Assembly: GCA_964019335.1 (NCBI GenBank) | Contig: OZ025713.1 | Span: forward strand, 1 to 64,000 | Origin: Diplonema japonicum | Lineage: Eukaryota > Protista > Euglenozoa: Diplonemea | Direction: 5' to 3' | DNA length: 64,000 nt | Shown here: positions 23,101 through 34,538 of the stretch, one piece after another | Layout of the letters: every line of letters begins with the position of its first letter | How positions within the stretch are numbered: the first letter of the stretch is position 1 | Position numbers and translations under genes: made by a program | Notes under the pieces: model-generated | Seen by the model: only the letters and a program-made list of their open reading frames with translations | What the model was told of the DNA's origin: nothing | Databases searched by the model: none

Positions 23101-24126
23101 GCCACCCTTCGTCCCGAGGAAGTCCTTCACCACCTCAGGGTTCTCGCTTGCACTCGTGGGGTGAGGCATCGTCACCACCGCCCCCACAGAGTACAGCGAC
23201 TCACTCACCCGGAAGTCCATTGCACGGAACACGGTCCCCTCGTACTTCGGCTGCGACATCATTGCTCGGTGCAGGGAATAGGCGAAGTCCTTCATCGGCT
23301 CGTAGCGCTCCCGCTCCCCGCGGAACGCCACCTCACGCATCGCCGCGTTCACCCCGTAGCACAAGGGGCTCTCCAGAGTGTACAGCCGAAGGTACGGCTC
23401 CGTGGTCCCCTCCACCTGCTGCACCGCCCATTTCGCAGTCATCGCCTGGAACACCCCACCAGCTGCTCGCTGTGCCGGCTTCAGCTTCCCGCACTTCGCA
23501 AGGTGCCGCTCCTTGTTCCCCGCATTCAGCGCAGTCCCACATGCAGCACACGTCACATACCCAGAGCACTCCCTCCCCATCGCAGCCTCCACCGTCGCCA
23601 GCATCGGCCTTGCACACGACGCACCACCCCCGAAGAACTCGCTCCACCCTCGGTCCACGTCGATCTCGCGGACTCCGTCGCTGTACCGGCTCACTACTCC
23701 CTTGTTCGCTGCCACCACCCCTCCTCCTCCAGCCACCTTTTTTTATTTTCTTTCTTTTATCTTCTTTTTCTCTTTAAATACCTTGAACGCTTTCGCCGCC
23801 TTCTGAAGCTCTTTACGCGCCTCCGACACCAGTGATGACACGCAGTCCCCCACACCGCGCTCCTTGTTGCGCTTCAGGAACTTCTGCATCACAGCAATCA
23901 CGCTGTGGCACAGTGCGTCGTGCCACTTCCCCAGCGCCGTGTCCAGCTCCACTTCCAGCTCCTTTCTTCCTGTCTCCACTATTGGCGTGGTGGTGGCGGT
24001 ACCCGCCAACTGTCCACGCAGCTGCTCCACCGCTTCCCACGCTATTCTTACGGCTCCCTCCCCTGCTGGAGGAGGCGACGTCAGGGCCTTCGCAGCCTGC
24101 ACACCAGATCCCGCTGTTGTTGACAT
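20182..24126 (-). CDS. Intracellular R-S-E (ARTC-type) ADP-ribosyltransferase fused to 21 ankyrin repeats; predicted two exons (24126-23782, 23736-20182), ~1299 aa
   Basis: ART motifs LRLYT.E, TVFR, TSAS, FPEEKEVL. C-x2-C..H-x3-C finger upstream. 34-aa ankyrin repeats. An in-frame 45-nt GT..AG gap (23737-23781) joins the upstream ATG-bearing ORF. Confidence 0.85.
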
Positions 24127-24297
24127 GTTGGTTCAGCAAAAGCCTTTTAGGTGAGAAGTATGTGTTGGGTACAAACATTTCTTTGCAAAAGGAAAGAGAC
24201 AACAAATGGAGAAATAAAATATAAAAAGCTAGTTCTTGGCGCTTCATTAGTTCTATCAAAAAAAAACCTCGCCTTCCAGCGCGTCACGCTGACCATG

Positions 24298-24338
24298 TAG
24301 CTAAAGTATTCTATCGAAGAGATAGAATACTTTAGCTA
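24298..24338. other. Perfect 18-bp hairpin with a 5-nt loop
   Basis: TAGCTAAAGTATTCTATC-GAAGA-GATAGAATACTTTAGCTA. Confidence 0.9.
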
Positions 24339-24542
24339 ACCCACCAAACGTTATTTCTCAGCTGTATGCCCCAGGGTGCCGAAGGGTATGCACCTGTCGT
24401 TGGCGGAAAAGGCCTTCCACATCGTGCTGCATCCTCGTCGAGTGGCCTATGAGTGACCGGCGGGTGGTCTGCTCATAGTCTACAGCAAGTGCCATGTGTC
24501 ATGGCGGACGGTTCCTTCTTACCTATCGTGTACCAGCTCTCG

Positions 24543-25331
24543 CTATCGTGACCTTCTTTTTTCAAAGTAGAGTGCCGTCCGGCCTTCGTCGTCGCATGCG
24601 TTCTCATCCACCCCGCTAGCCAGCAACACAGCAGCCACCTCCTTGAGAGCAAAGAACAGCGGTGTCCTGCCGTGAATGTCCTTCGCGTTGACAGCAGCAC
24701 CGTGAGAGATGAGAAGCTCGGCTATCGATGCTCGCTGCTGGTGACTGCGAGAGTCCTTCCTGGCGTTGACATGGAGCGCAGTCTCCTGTCTAGGGCTCAT
24801 CCTGTAGTTGACATCGACTGCCGTCTTCGTCAGCAGAACTTCCACGCAAGATCGAAGCCCCTTCCTTGCTGCGAAGTGAAGCAGGGTTCCCACAAAATCC
24901 CCACTATCACCCTTGCACAGGCCCGCTTCAACAGCCAAACAAAGTAACTTGCTGAGCCTCGTGTCTATCTCACTGCTTGCATTGTGTCTAAGCAGATCGC
25001 CTTTGATCTTGTGTCGGAGCTCATCGTCGTTGCAGTTCTCGTTGTAGCCACCTGCAATGCAAAGGCCTGTCAGTGCTTTGTGTTTGCTGGAATGAAACAG
25101 CTCAAGGATACTCTGGTCTTGGAAGGGTAGATCCTTCACCAACCTTCCGTCGCAGTCCTTGCCCAGCTCTTCCCCTTCGTGGCTGAGGGTGCATGTGGTT
25201 GGGCACAACCCGGCCATGACTGCGATTCTGTGCTTTAGTTGTTTTATACCCTCCCCTGCCTCTGCTTCTATGCTGGTCGTCTCCATGGAGGGAACTGATA
25301 TTTGCAGCGACACTGTGTTTCTTGTTGTCAT
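24543..25331 (-). CDS. Ubiquitin-like domain + ankyrin repeat protein, 262 aa; possibly frameshifted at the C-terminus
   Basis: Ubl-like N-terminus, then GTLLHFAA, ETALH, GRTPLF, GRTALYF repeats. The expected ..KEGHD.. continuation is in another frame across an A6 run. Confidence 0.75.
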   Translation of the reverse strand: MTTRNTVSLQISVPSMETTSIEAEAGEGIKQLKHRIAVMAGLCPTTCTLSHEGEELGKDCDGRLVKDLPFQDQSILELFHSSKHKALTGLCIAGGYNENCNDDELRHKIKGDLLRHNASSEIDTRLSKLLCLAVEAGLCKGDSGDFVGTLLHFAARKGLRSCVEVLLTKTAVDVNYRMSPRQETALHVNARKDSRSHQQRASIAELLISHGAAVNAKDIHGRTPLFFALKEVAAVLLASGVDENACDDEGRTALYFEKRRSR

Positions 25332-25580
25332 TTCCCGTTCTTCTTTTGTGTTTCCTTCTTACGTGTACACCTTAAAAGAAGTACCATTGCTGCGAATGAG
25401 ATTTAGCGCTAGGTAATATGAGATTTAGCGTGAAGTAATGAAGCCCCGAGAGCGTGAAGTAATTTCAGAAGAGTGAAATAATACAATAAAAGTGACTGAC
25501 ATCCTCAAGAAGCCTCCCACGTACCAGCAATTAAGCAGAGGTCGCTTCCATGGCCAGCCTCAGTCCACTGCCGGAAAGAA

Positions 25581-25765
25581 TAGAGCCGTCTTCACATCAG
25601 CCTTTCCTTCCGTGATGAGGATGTGTAATGCGTTGGTGTTTCCTTCGTGTTCAGCGGTGAGAGCACGCATCCTGAAGGTCAGCCCGATTCCTAAGCACTG
25701 CCCACCCTTTCTGTGTCGCCGAGCGCTTGCACTACCTTGTTGAACACAGCCCGCTTGCAAGCATT
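25581..25765 (-). pseudogene. Internally deleted relic of the ART-ankyrin gene
   Basis: Joins sequence matching ~20222-20280 (last ankyrin repeat) to pieces matching ~22220-22440. Confidence 0.75.
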
Positions 25766-25783
25766 GTAACTCAAGCCCACTCG

Positions 25784-28700
25784 ACACAGAGGCTGCCCCT
25801 GTCCGGCTTGTTTTCTCTCCCAGATTCTACGGTGCCCTTAACTGTGTTCTCCACAATATATATATATATATTCTCGCCATCGCAACGTCCTAGTCTTGTC
25901 CATGGACGATGAGAAGCCACAACGTCGAGAGGCTTGCGCCACAGGAAAAAGGACATCTTGATAATTACAACAAGGTGTTACTACTATGTGTCTTCTAATG
26001 CAAGAGCCGCGAAGTAATTCAATATGAAGGGAGAAGTGGAAGAAACGCCCCCACCTCAAAAAAAGAAAACACAGCCACGAGAGTGAAAAAAAGAGTTTCT
26101 GTCACATTCTTGTCGCTGAAGAAGGGAAAAGGAAGAACTGGCCTCATCTTGCGGCCCACGTGGAAAACAGAAAAAAAAAACCCCCCTCTAGCTAACCTTG
26201 CTTCTTTCTGTTTCACATCTTTCATATATATATAAAGGACTAAGTTGTGAGATTTATCAGCAGGCAGCCTAGCGAGAAAAAGAAGAAGAAATATGGGGCC
26301 TTGGTTGCAACACTATTTGGCGTTAAGTGTGCAGCGTGGTGGAAATATTAAAATAAAAGAGTCGGGAAAAAAGAAAAGAAGAAAAAGGAAAAAGGAAATT
26401 AACTGACTAAACACCACACGAAGGAAAGCCCTCTTTCCTTGAGCGGGAAAAATCTAGGGGAAATAAAAGGGGTGTGCAGAGCAGAACCTCACTACAAAGT
26501 ACGACAACAGTACTTCATTCGAGACGACAGTTAAGTGTTTTGGTCCGTAAAATTAAAGAAAAGAAAAAGAAAAAAGAAAGAGAGAGAGAGAGAGAGAGAA
26601 AGAAAAAGAAAACGAAAAGGGAGGCGGATATTTAAAGGACTAATCCTACTTTGAGAACCACCCCCAAAGAAAAAGAGGAACTGGCCGTTGTTTGTACGTG
26701 CCGGTTCCCGATGGGTACTCGAGGTCCGCGTATTGGACCAGATCATCCCAGTCTAGTGCCGTCATATTTTTGTTTGTACGTGCCGGGTAAAACCTGGAGA
26801 AGTTTGTCAACCCGAAACACGTTGCCAACGTTCCCCTTTTGTTTAGACAAGTCAAAGATTCGTTCTTGCAAAAAAAAAAAGAGGAGAAAAAAAAAAAACT
26901 ATGAATCATAGATAGATCGTGTGCATGAAGCGAAAAGAGTGCATAAGGGGGAAAAAAAGAAGAAAAAAAAGAAGGGAACCTTATTCTTCAGGAGCAAAAG
27001 CTGCCCAAACACTGTTGTGGAAGCCACCGCCGCAGATCTCAGAGGGGTTCCCTGTGCAGGGCTTGTTACACCTGCTGCTGTCAGCTGGTTCAGCTCCTAC
27101 AAGGGAGTCGCTACACCAACACTGCCACCCGTACTGAAGACCAGCTATGACGTGGCCGTTGTGCTGACATGTCTTGATGCACTCTTCCACTGTGTTCCCC
27201 TTCTTGTCAATGTATGCCAGCCTCATCCGCCTGTTGTTGGCGTGGTCGGCAACGCAGCCCACGTGCCGAAAGACATCCTTCGGAGGCAGCGGGGCCAGCG
27301 AATAGACCTGGTTCCTCCAGGGCCCACCACAGGACTGTGTCGCGTCCCCAGCGCACCGTTCGTCGCACAACGACGTGGCCGTCCTCACCGAGGTGCTGAG
27401 GTCATTCCCGCACCGGCACTGATCCCCATCTTGGGTCCCCGCGTATGTGTACCCTCGTGACTGGCATATGGTCGCGCACTCCTCATTCGTAACATCGCCA
27501 ACGTACGCAAGTACAGGGAGCTTCCTCGCCGCATTGTCCTTGAAGCACCCTTCTAAAACGGGAGTGTACGGAGGCGTCGGCATCCTGTACTGGTACACCT
27601 TCATCCTGTAGCCAGCGCCGCACTTCACAGAAGCATCCCCAGGACAAGCTATCTTCTCGCAGTCCACAGCGGGCTGCCTCACGGACCCCGACATTGAGCT
27701 TCCGCACCAGCACTCCTCTCCATACTGAACCCCCGCAAACTCGTAGTCCTTCGCGTGGCACTTGTTCAGGCACGAGTCGACAGTGTTGTCCTGACCCCTG
27801 TATGCAAGGTGAGACAGCTGCCTCCGATCGATCATATCGGCGTAGCACCCAATGCCCCAGTGTGGAGGAACTGCGGGGGTTGGAGCTGGTGTTGGAGCTG
27901 GTGTGGAAGGAATCGTGGGGACACAGTGACCACTCCCCACAACATTGATCGCCTGTGCAGCACAGAAGACCTGGCCACCAGACAAACGGCAGTTTGTGCA
28001 TGTCATCCCTGCCGCTACCTCAGAAGGGGGAACCTCCAAACAGTTCATGTTCAAGCAACCACTGCCAGGACAGGAAAGCGGAACAGGTCCCCAAGTGCAG
28101 TCAGGGTCGGACCTGCATTCCAGCTTCACACCCCACTTTTTGCAAGGAACTGTGATGGTTGGAATCGTGGGGACACAGTGGCCACTCCCCACAACATTGA
28201 TCGCCTGTGCAACACAGAAGACCTGGCCACCAGACAAACGGCAGTTCGTGCAAGTCATCCCTGCCGCTACCTCAGAAGGAGGAACCTCCAAACAGTTCAT
28301 GTTCAAGCATCCACTGCCAGGACAGGAAAGCGGAACAGGTCCCCAAGTGCAGTCAGGGTCGGACCTGCATTCCAGCTTCACACCCCACCTTGTGCAAGGA
28401 ACTGGAGCCGGTGTTGGAGCTGGTGTTGGAGCTGGTGTTGGAGCTGGTGTTGGAGCTGGTGTTGGAGCTGGTGTTGGATCGGGTGTCGTGGAGCAGTGGC
28501 CAGTCCCCACACCATTGACGGACTGTGCAATACAGGTAATCTGACCACCGGCCAAAAAGCAGTTTGTGCAAGTCATCCCTGCCGCTACCTCAGAAGGAGG
28601 AACCTCCAAACAGTTCATGTTCAAGCAACCACTGCCAGGACAGGAAAGCGGAACAGGTCCCCAATCGCAGTCAGGGTCAGCCCTGCATTCCAGCTTCACA

Positions 28701-29081
28701 CCCCAATTCTTGCAACGAGGAATCGTGGGGACACAGTGGCCACTCCCCACAACATTGATCGCCTGTGCAACACAGAAGACCTGGCCACCAGACAAACGGC
28801 AGTTCGTGCATGTCATCCCTGCCGCTACCTCAGAAGGAGGAACCTCCAAACAGTTCATGTTCAAGCATCCACTGCCAGGACAGGAAAGCGGAACAGGTCC
28901 CCAAGTGCAGTCGGGGTCGGACCTGCATTCCAGCTTCACACCCCATTGAGTACAACTATCGATACCTGCAGCACCAAGTACCGTAAACAGCAGCAGCCTC
29001 ATCTCCATGTTGCGCATCATGTTGTTATTAAAGCAATACTGTGAGGAAATGAATGCAAGAAAGCAAGTGAGACTAAAAGTA
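25784..29081. repeat. Segmental duplication copy B
   Basis: See copy A at 12662-16536. Confidence 0.95.
26981..29020 (-). CDS. Paralog of 13914-16475 with four 10-Cys repeats and three WSC domains, 679 aa
   Basis: Same start (MMRNMEMR, ATG at 29020) and identical WSC region; two fewer Cys repeats and a longer PTPA run. Confidence 0.92.
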   Translation of the reverse strand: MMRNMEMRLLLFTVLGAAGIDSCTQWGVKLECRSDPDCTWGPVPLSCPGSGCLNMNCLEVPPSEVAAGMTCTNCRLSGGQVFCVAQAINVVGSGHCVPTIPRCKNWGVKLECRADPDCDWGPVPLSCPGSGCLNMNCLEVPPSEVAAGMTCTNCFLAGGQITCIAQSVNGVGTGHCSTTPDPTPAPTPAPTPAPTPAPTPAPTPAPVPCTRWGVKLECRSDPDCTWGPVPLSCPGSGCLNMNCLEVPPSEVAAGMTCTNCRLSGGQVFCVAQAINVVGSGHCVPTIPTITVPCKKWGVKLECRSDPDCTWGPVPLSCPGSGCLNMNCLEVPPSEVAAGMTCTNCRLSGGQVFCAAQAINVVGSGHCVPTIPSTPAPTPAPTPAVPPHWGIGCYADMIDRRQLSHLAYRGQDNTVDSCLNKCHAKDYEFAGVQYGEECWCGSSMSGSVRQPAVDCEKIACPGDASVKCGAGYRMKVYQYRMPTPPYTPVLEGCFKDNAARKLPVLAYVGDVTNEECATICQSRGYTYAGTQDGDQCRCGNDLSTSVRTATSLCDERCAGDATQSCGGPWRNQVYSLAPLPPKDVFRHVGCVADHANNRRMRLAYIDKKGNTVEECIKTCQHNGHVIAGLQYGWQCWCSDSLVGAEPADSSRCNKPCTGNPSEICGGGFHNSVWAAFAPEE

Positions 29082-30006
29082 GGAACATTTCGTCGTGTAA
29101 AAGGCATCAAACGCTTTCAAAGGGTACATTCTGCAACTAGCCACCATTGCTGCAAGGCGGGCTTTCTTTGGACGATAGTTGCCAAAATGGCCTGGGCAAA
29201 CGCCCTGACGAGAAGTCCCGGTCACGGATATTTGTCAGTAGCTGAACAAAGAACAAAAACAAAAAGAATCGGCGGCACCACACCGCACGCTTCTTTTTGT
29301 TCTTCCAAGAAATCCTTTGGTAGACGTTCTTCCAAGAAATCTGCGCAGAAAGAAGAAGAGAGAAAACAAATATAAATAAGGTAAAAAAGGAGAGGGAGAA
29401 AAAAAAAACAAAAAAAAAAACTTTTTTTCTTTTAAAAAAAAGGATTAAAAAAAAAAACGTATTTTTTGCGAATTTATTTTTTCTTTTTCTTTTTTTAGTT
29501 TACGGCCACTTCTAGGACGGATGTAGTGTTAGGTGTGTTCTGAAACTTTAACCCCATCAACTTAAGAATGCCCCTCCCCCACTGCGGGGGGGATTCTCGA
29601 CAAAGGTGTCTTCAAAAAATACATCTATCATAGATGGCCCACTGGAAATGAGACATGGAAAATAAAATATAGACTTTTGGACTCATATAGTCAATTATTC
29701 GGTCTCTGAAAGCCATCAAAAAAAATATATATATGCGGAACCATATTTTACTTCTGGACTCAACTTGCGAATAATTGACCGGGAAAAAAAAAGCCAACGA
29801 GAGAGGATGTTTAAAAGTACCGCAGTTGCCGTGCTTCGGAAAACCGAGCAAAACACGCGCAGCTTATGTAGCGAAAAACCTGAAGTAGAAACTGAGAAGA
29901 AAAAAGTATTTCTAAGATAAATAAAAAAAGAAAAACACCTCGTTATACAGAAAAAAAAACTGCTTTTTTTCTTTTATCCTGTGTTGTAGAAATTGAGAGC
30001 GGTGTC

Positions 30007-30044
<38 letters not shown>

Positions 30045-30136
30045 AAGAAAATAGATGTTATAAAAGGTTTGCTTTATCAGCAAATTAAAAAAGAAAAAAA
30101 AAAGAAAACTCAGGCTACATAGCCTGACCTCTTCTT

Positions 30137-30661
30137 TTAGACTCTTGCGTACCCCTGTTGCGCGATGACAGGACTTCTGCAAAAGATGGTACCTGGGGGT
30201 GTGCCTCTTGAGGAGAGCTCGACATGCTGCTGCGTGATGGCGCAAGGGGTGCAGAAGAAGGAGGAGCAGGCATCCCCGATGGGGTCGCCTTGGATGGAGT
30301 GCATCTTCCTAATGAGCCCCCGCTGCCAGCAGGTGAAGGAGGAGAGACTGCACCATCCCGCCAGGAGCGAGGCGAGGGGGGACACAAAACACCCAGCCGC
30401 CGCAAGCATCACCACGTCCCCACAGTGCGCTACGTCCAGCGTCCCAGGGTTCCCTTCCAGCGCAGACTGCACCATCCCGCTCATGCACGGCCCACAGCAC
30501 AGCACATTGCACAGAACGTTCCCTCCAGTTGCGCAGCAGTCCAGCAGGCTGTACCCCCACGCTGACACCGCAGCCTCCTCCTCTCCCTTCTCTTCATCTT
30601 TCACAACCTCCTCAAACTCCTGTACTTCGATAACAACTGCAGCAGGAGCCTCAAGTTGCAT
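30137..30661 (-). CDS. PLAC8-family Cys-rich protein, 174 aa (N-terminally altered duplicate of 33588-34169)
   Basis: WGYSLLDCC...LCCGPC...RGLIRKMHSIQGD..GDAC...CTPCAITQQHVEL. Confidence 0.8.
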   Translation of the reverse strand: MQLEAPAAVVIEVQEFEEVVKDEEKGEEEAAVSAWGYSLLDCCATGGNVLCNVLCCGPCMSGMVQSALEGNPGTLDVAHCGDVVMLAAAGCFVSPLASLLAGWCSLSSFTCWQRGLIRKMHSIQGDPIGDACSSFFCTPCAITQQHVELSSRGTPPGTIFCRSPVIAQQGYARV

Positions 30662-30993
30662 TGTGTGTAAGTATATATAATAGAAAAAAAAAAGAAAAAG
30701 AAAAAAGAAACCTGTGAAAAGCTTGCCTTTATTCCCCGCAAAACCATCGGTACTTTAAGTTGCAGTGAAATAAATAGATGAAAAGGGGAAAGCGAAAAAA
30801 GAAGGGCAAATAATAAAATATAAAAAAGAAAAACCCGATTGAGTTTCAAGGAGGTCTATGTGAGTGACGCTTCCCTCCCCTAAAGGAGTGGTTTGTGGGT
30901 TCCTTCTTCTTTTCAAAAAAAAAATGGCAGTTTTCTTTCATTCCCGGCAAAAAAAAAAAAAAAAAAAGAACATTGATAATATACAGAAATTTG

Positions 30994-31025
<32 letters not shown>

Positions 31026-33587
31026 AAAAAAAGTAAAAGTTGTTTGCTCAGCGGCAACAACCCAATAATAGAAGAGATTAGAAAAAAAGAAAAAGAAAAA
31101 AAAAAAGAATGAAAGAAAAAGAGAGAACAACTACAAACACGGTGAAAAGGGTTGTCTAGTTCTTCTCAGATTAAAAAGAGTAGGGGGGGGCAGGTAATAG
31201 GTTCACAGAAGAGACAGGTACCAGGCCCGAAAATAAAAGTGGAGCTAGCAAGGTGCCATTGATATGGTGGCTTGAATAGGGAACACAGAAGCGGGAGCGC
31301 CAGTTTGCAGCACCTACTTATTAGTTAAACTTGTTTCCTTTTTTTTTTTTCTTTTTCGTTTTTTTTTTTCACAGCGCAGAAAAAACGGGGGGTTTTTTTT
31401 TTTGAAAAGAATGACTGTACTAATCAGCTTCTACAACTTAAAAGGGTACAAAGTGCAAAAAAGTGCTTGAACAAGGGGTTTTTTTTTCTTTTTTTTTTTT
31501 CTTCTTCTTTTTTTTTTTCTCTTCTTCTTATGCTGTTTTTGGAAGGGAAAAAAAAAAAAAGAATTCGAGTTAAAAGGAGGACCTTTATAAGCCCCCCTCC
31601 AAAAAAAAAAGAATATGTATTTCGTCTGCGGGTACTGACGAGTTTTTTTTCTTCTTTTTCTTCAAATCTTTAAAACGGTGAAATTAGTGCCGGCTCGAAG
31701 AATATTAACAAATAAAAACCTCGAAAGGCTGTAGAAAGATAAAAATGGTGTTTTCTCCCCTATTCTTTATTAAAATGTTGTGGTAGTTGTCTTTGTGTAC
31801 CCGGGCTGTTTATTATTACCTCGCTCATGGTAAAAGCGGGTATTTTTACAACTCGTTACACGAAAGAAAGAAAGAAAAAAAAAAAGAATGTCAAAAAAGA
31901 AAATGTTTTGAACACAGGTTAGGGAAGGTGGACAATAAAATCGTTTTCTTTTTTTTTTCTTTTTTTTTTTCTTTTTTTTTCTTTTCTATTCCCCCAGTAG
32001 TTGCTCTCTTTATATTTTCTGTTTCAAATTCCTGAGCAGCACTGTTTTTTTCAACGAAAAAACTTGTTACTTGTTTCGCTTTATTTTTCTACTCCAGAAG
32101 GAAGTAGATAACAATCCCATCAGTAAGACCTACTGCGCACACTTTCTTATTGATTTTTGGCTTTTGGCTTATCACAAATAACCAGTAAAAAAAACTAGTT
32201 TGGCGCTCCATTTGTTTGTGCGCACGAGCGGAATTCTACCTAATAAAATAGCTCATTACGCTGCCATCAACTAGTTTTTAGTCTCGACAATAATATTGTT
32301 AAAACAAAAAAAAAAATAAGGGTCAAAGAGAGGCCGGTGTTGGCGGCGCCCTGGGGAAAAAAAAAAAGAATGAAAAAATTGGAGAGAGATATAGAGGGAT
32401 TTTCATTTAGACAACAAATAGCTTTGTTGTTCTTTTTTAAAAAAAAATATGAGTTAAAGGAGGCCGATGTTTGGCGGCTCCCTTAAAAAAGAAAAAAACA
32501 ATGTAACAATAAGAAAAAGATGATCATTTCTATTTCTCTAAATTCTCTTTTTTTCTTCTCGTTTCCTTTCTCATTCTCCCTCTCTTTCTTCTCTGTTTTT
32601 CACAAGGTCTTGAATTGTCTTAAATTCAATCCTTCCTCAACCCACTGAAGAAACATAAAAGAAGAAGGGAAAAAAAAAAAGGGAAAAAAAAAAAAAGAAA
32701 AAGAATAATAAAAAATAAAAGAAGAAGGAAAAAGTAATTCTAAAAAGAAAAGAAAAGAAAAAAAAGACTTTCACTTTTGTTTGTTTCTTTTTTTTTTTTC
32801 TTTTTCTTTTTTTCCTTCTTTTTCTTTCTTCTTTTTCTTTTTTTTTTTTTGTTTCTTAGCTTCGAGGAAAACCGAGCTGAAACACGAATAAATCTTATGG
32901 CAGGCCATAAAGGAGTAATCAACGGCCCACCAATAAAATAAGAAAGGCAAGAAGCGAAAAGAAAAGCTAATCAAGAGAACAGCGAAGGTAAAATGAATAC
33001 TTAGAAATCGCTAGGAGTGGCGATCTAGGAGAGAGCCATGAGACTAAAGGCGAATATAATAATCCTTTTTCTTTCTTTTCCTTTTCTTCTTTGTGCAAAA
33101 AAAGAAACCAGAAGAAAAAGAAAAGATCTAAAGCCTTGCGAACAAAAAAAAAAAAAAAAAAAAAAAGATGATACTAAGAAGTGGACACTTCCTGGGAGGA
33201 ACACATGGCTGCAGGCCTTCCATAAGTTGTGATCTATCCTCTTTTCTCTAGTTAGATGAAAACTTGTTGTTCGCACGAGCAAAAAAAAAAAAAAAAAACT
33301 TTTAAAAAAAGCTGCGAAAGTCTTTTTGCTCGGCACAAGTTTCATATAGTTATAAATTTATCTTCAGAAAAAGATAAATATTTGTAACAAAAAAAAAAAA
33401 GAATTCTTCCGACAAAATCTCAGTGTACAGGGGGGGGGGGGGGGGGGGGGGGGGGGTCACTGTTAAAGTCGGCTGATTTTCAGTAATAACAATATAATAT
33501 ATTTATACTGTTTTTTCTTGTGTTTAAAAGAAGAAAAAAAAGAAAAGAACCGAGTCGAAGAAACAAATGTAAAGTGTTGCTTCCCCT

Positions 33588-34169
33588 CTAAACTCTTGCG
33601 TACCCCTGTTGCGCGATGACAGGACTTCTGCAAAAGATGGTACCTGGGGGTGTGCCTCTTGAGGAGAGCTCGACATGCTGCTGCGTGATGGCGCAAGGGG
33701 TGCAGAAGAAGGAGGAGCAGGCATCCCCGATGGGGTCGCCTTGGATGGAGTGCATCTTCCTAATGAGCCCCCGCTGCCAGCAGGTGAAGGAGGAGAGACT
33801 GCACCATCCCGCCAGGAGCGAGGCGAGGGGGGACACAAAACACCCAGCCGCCGCAAGCATCACCACGTCCCCACAGTGCGCTACGTCCAGCGTCCCAGGG
33901 TTCCCTTCCAGCGCAGACTGCACCATCCCGCTCATGCACGGCCCACAGCACAGCACATTGCACAGAACGTTCCCTCCAGTTGCGCAGCAGTCCAGCAGGC
34001 TGTACCCCCACGCTGACACCGCAGCCTCCTCCTCTCCCTTCTCTTCATCTTTCACAACCTCCTCAAACTCCTGTACTTCGATAACAACTGCAGCAGGACA
34101 CGGTGCACAAGGGGCATCAGCTGCCGCTACCTCGTGCACAGGCATAGGAAGGGAGTCAGTGGCTATCAT
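33588..34169 (-). CDS. PLAC8-family Cys-rich protein, 193 aa
   Basis: Same PLAC8 motifs; A-rich context before the ATG. Confidence 0.88.
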   Translation of the reverse strand: MIATDSLPMPVHEVAAADAPCAPCPAAVVIEVQEFEEVVKDEEKGEEEAAVSAWGYSLLDCCATGGNVLCNVLCCGPCMSGMVQSALEGNPGTLDVAHCGDVVMLAAAGCFVSPLASLLAGWCSLSSFTCWQRGLIRKMHSIQGDPIGDACSSFFCTPCAITQQHVELSSRGTPPGTIFCRSPVIAQQGYARV

Positions 34170-34538
34170 TTTATTTCTTTTTATTTTTTCGTGTTAAATC
34201 GACACTGGCAGAGAGGTCACACCCATACACAAGAACCAATATTTAAATAAAGTGCAAACTACCCCACTAAAGAAAAGAAAGAAAATAAGAAGGAGCCAGT
34301 ACGGCCATACGAGCGTGACTACTATTAATACCACAAATCTAGCGCTCAGACCTTCGTTTCTGCCGCCAGCCCCGTGCTGTGTGTCTGCTGTCAGATAAGA
34401 TAATATCAAAGCCACAATACAAAACTCCGGGAAAAAAAAAAAAAAAAAAGAATTCAATCTTCATATCTCAGAAGGTTGGGAGAGGAGAGGTGGTGTCCTG
34501 TGTGGAAAAGAAACCCTCCCCCCACACGGACATTTGTT

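Noticed and set aside
30700-33460. Many poly-Phe/poly-Lys ORFs in intergenic DNA throughout the window
   Set aside because: They are products of A/T homopolymer tracts, whose lengths may also be unreliable.
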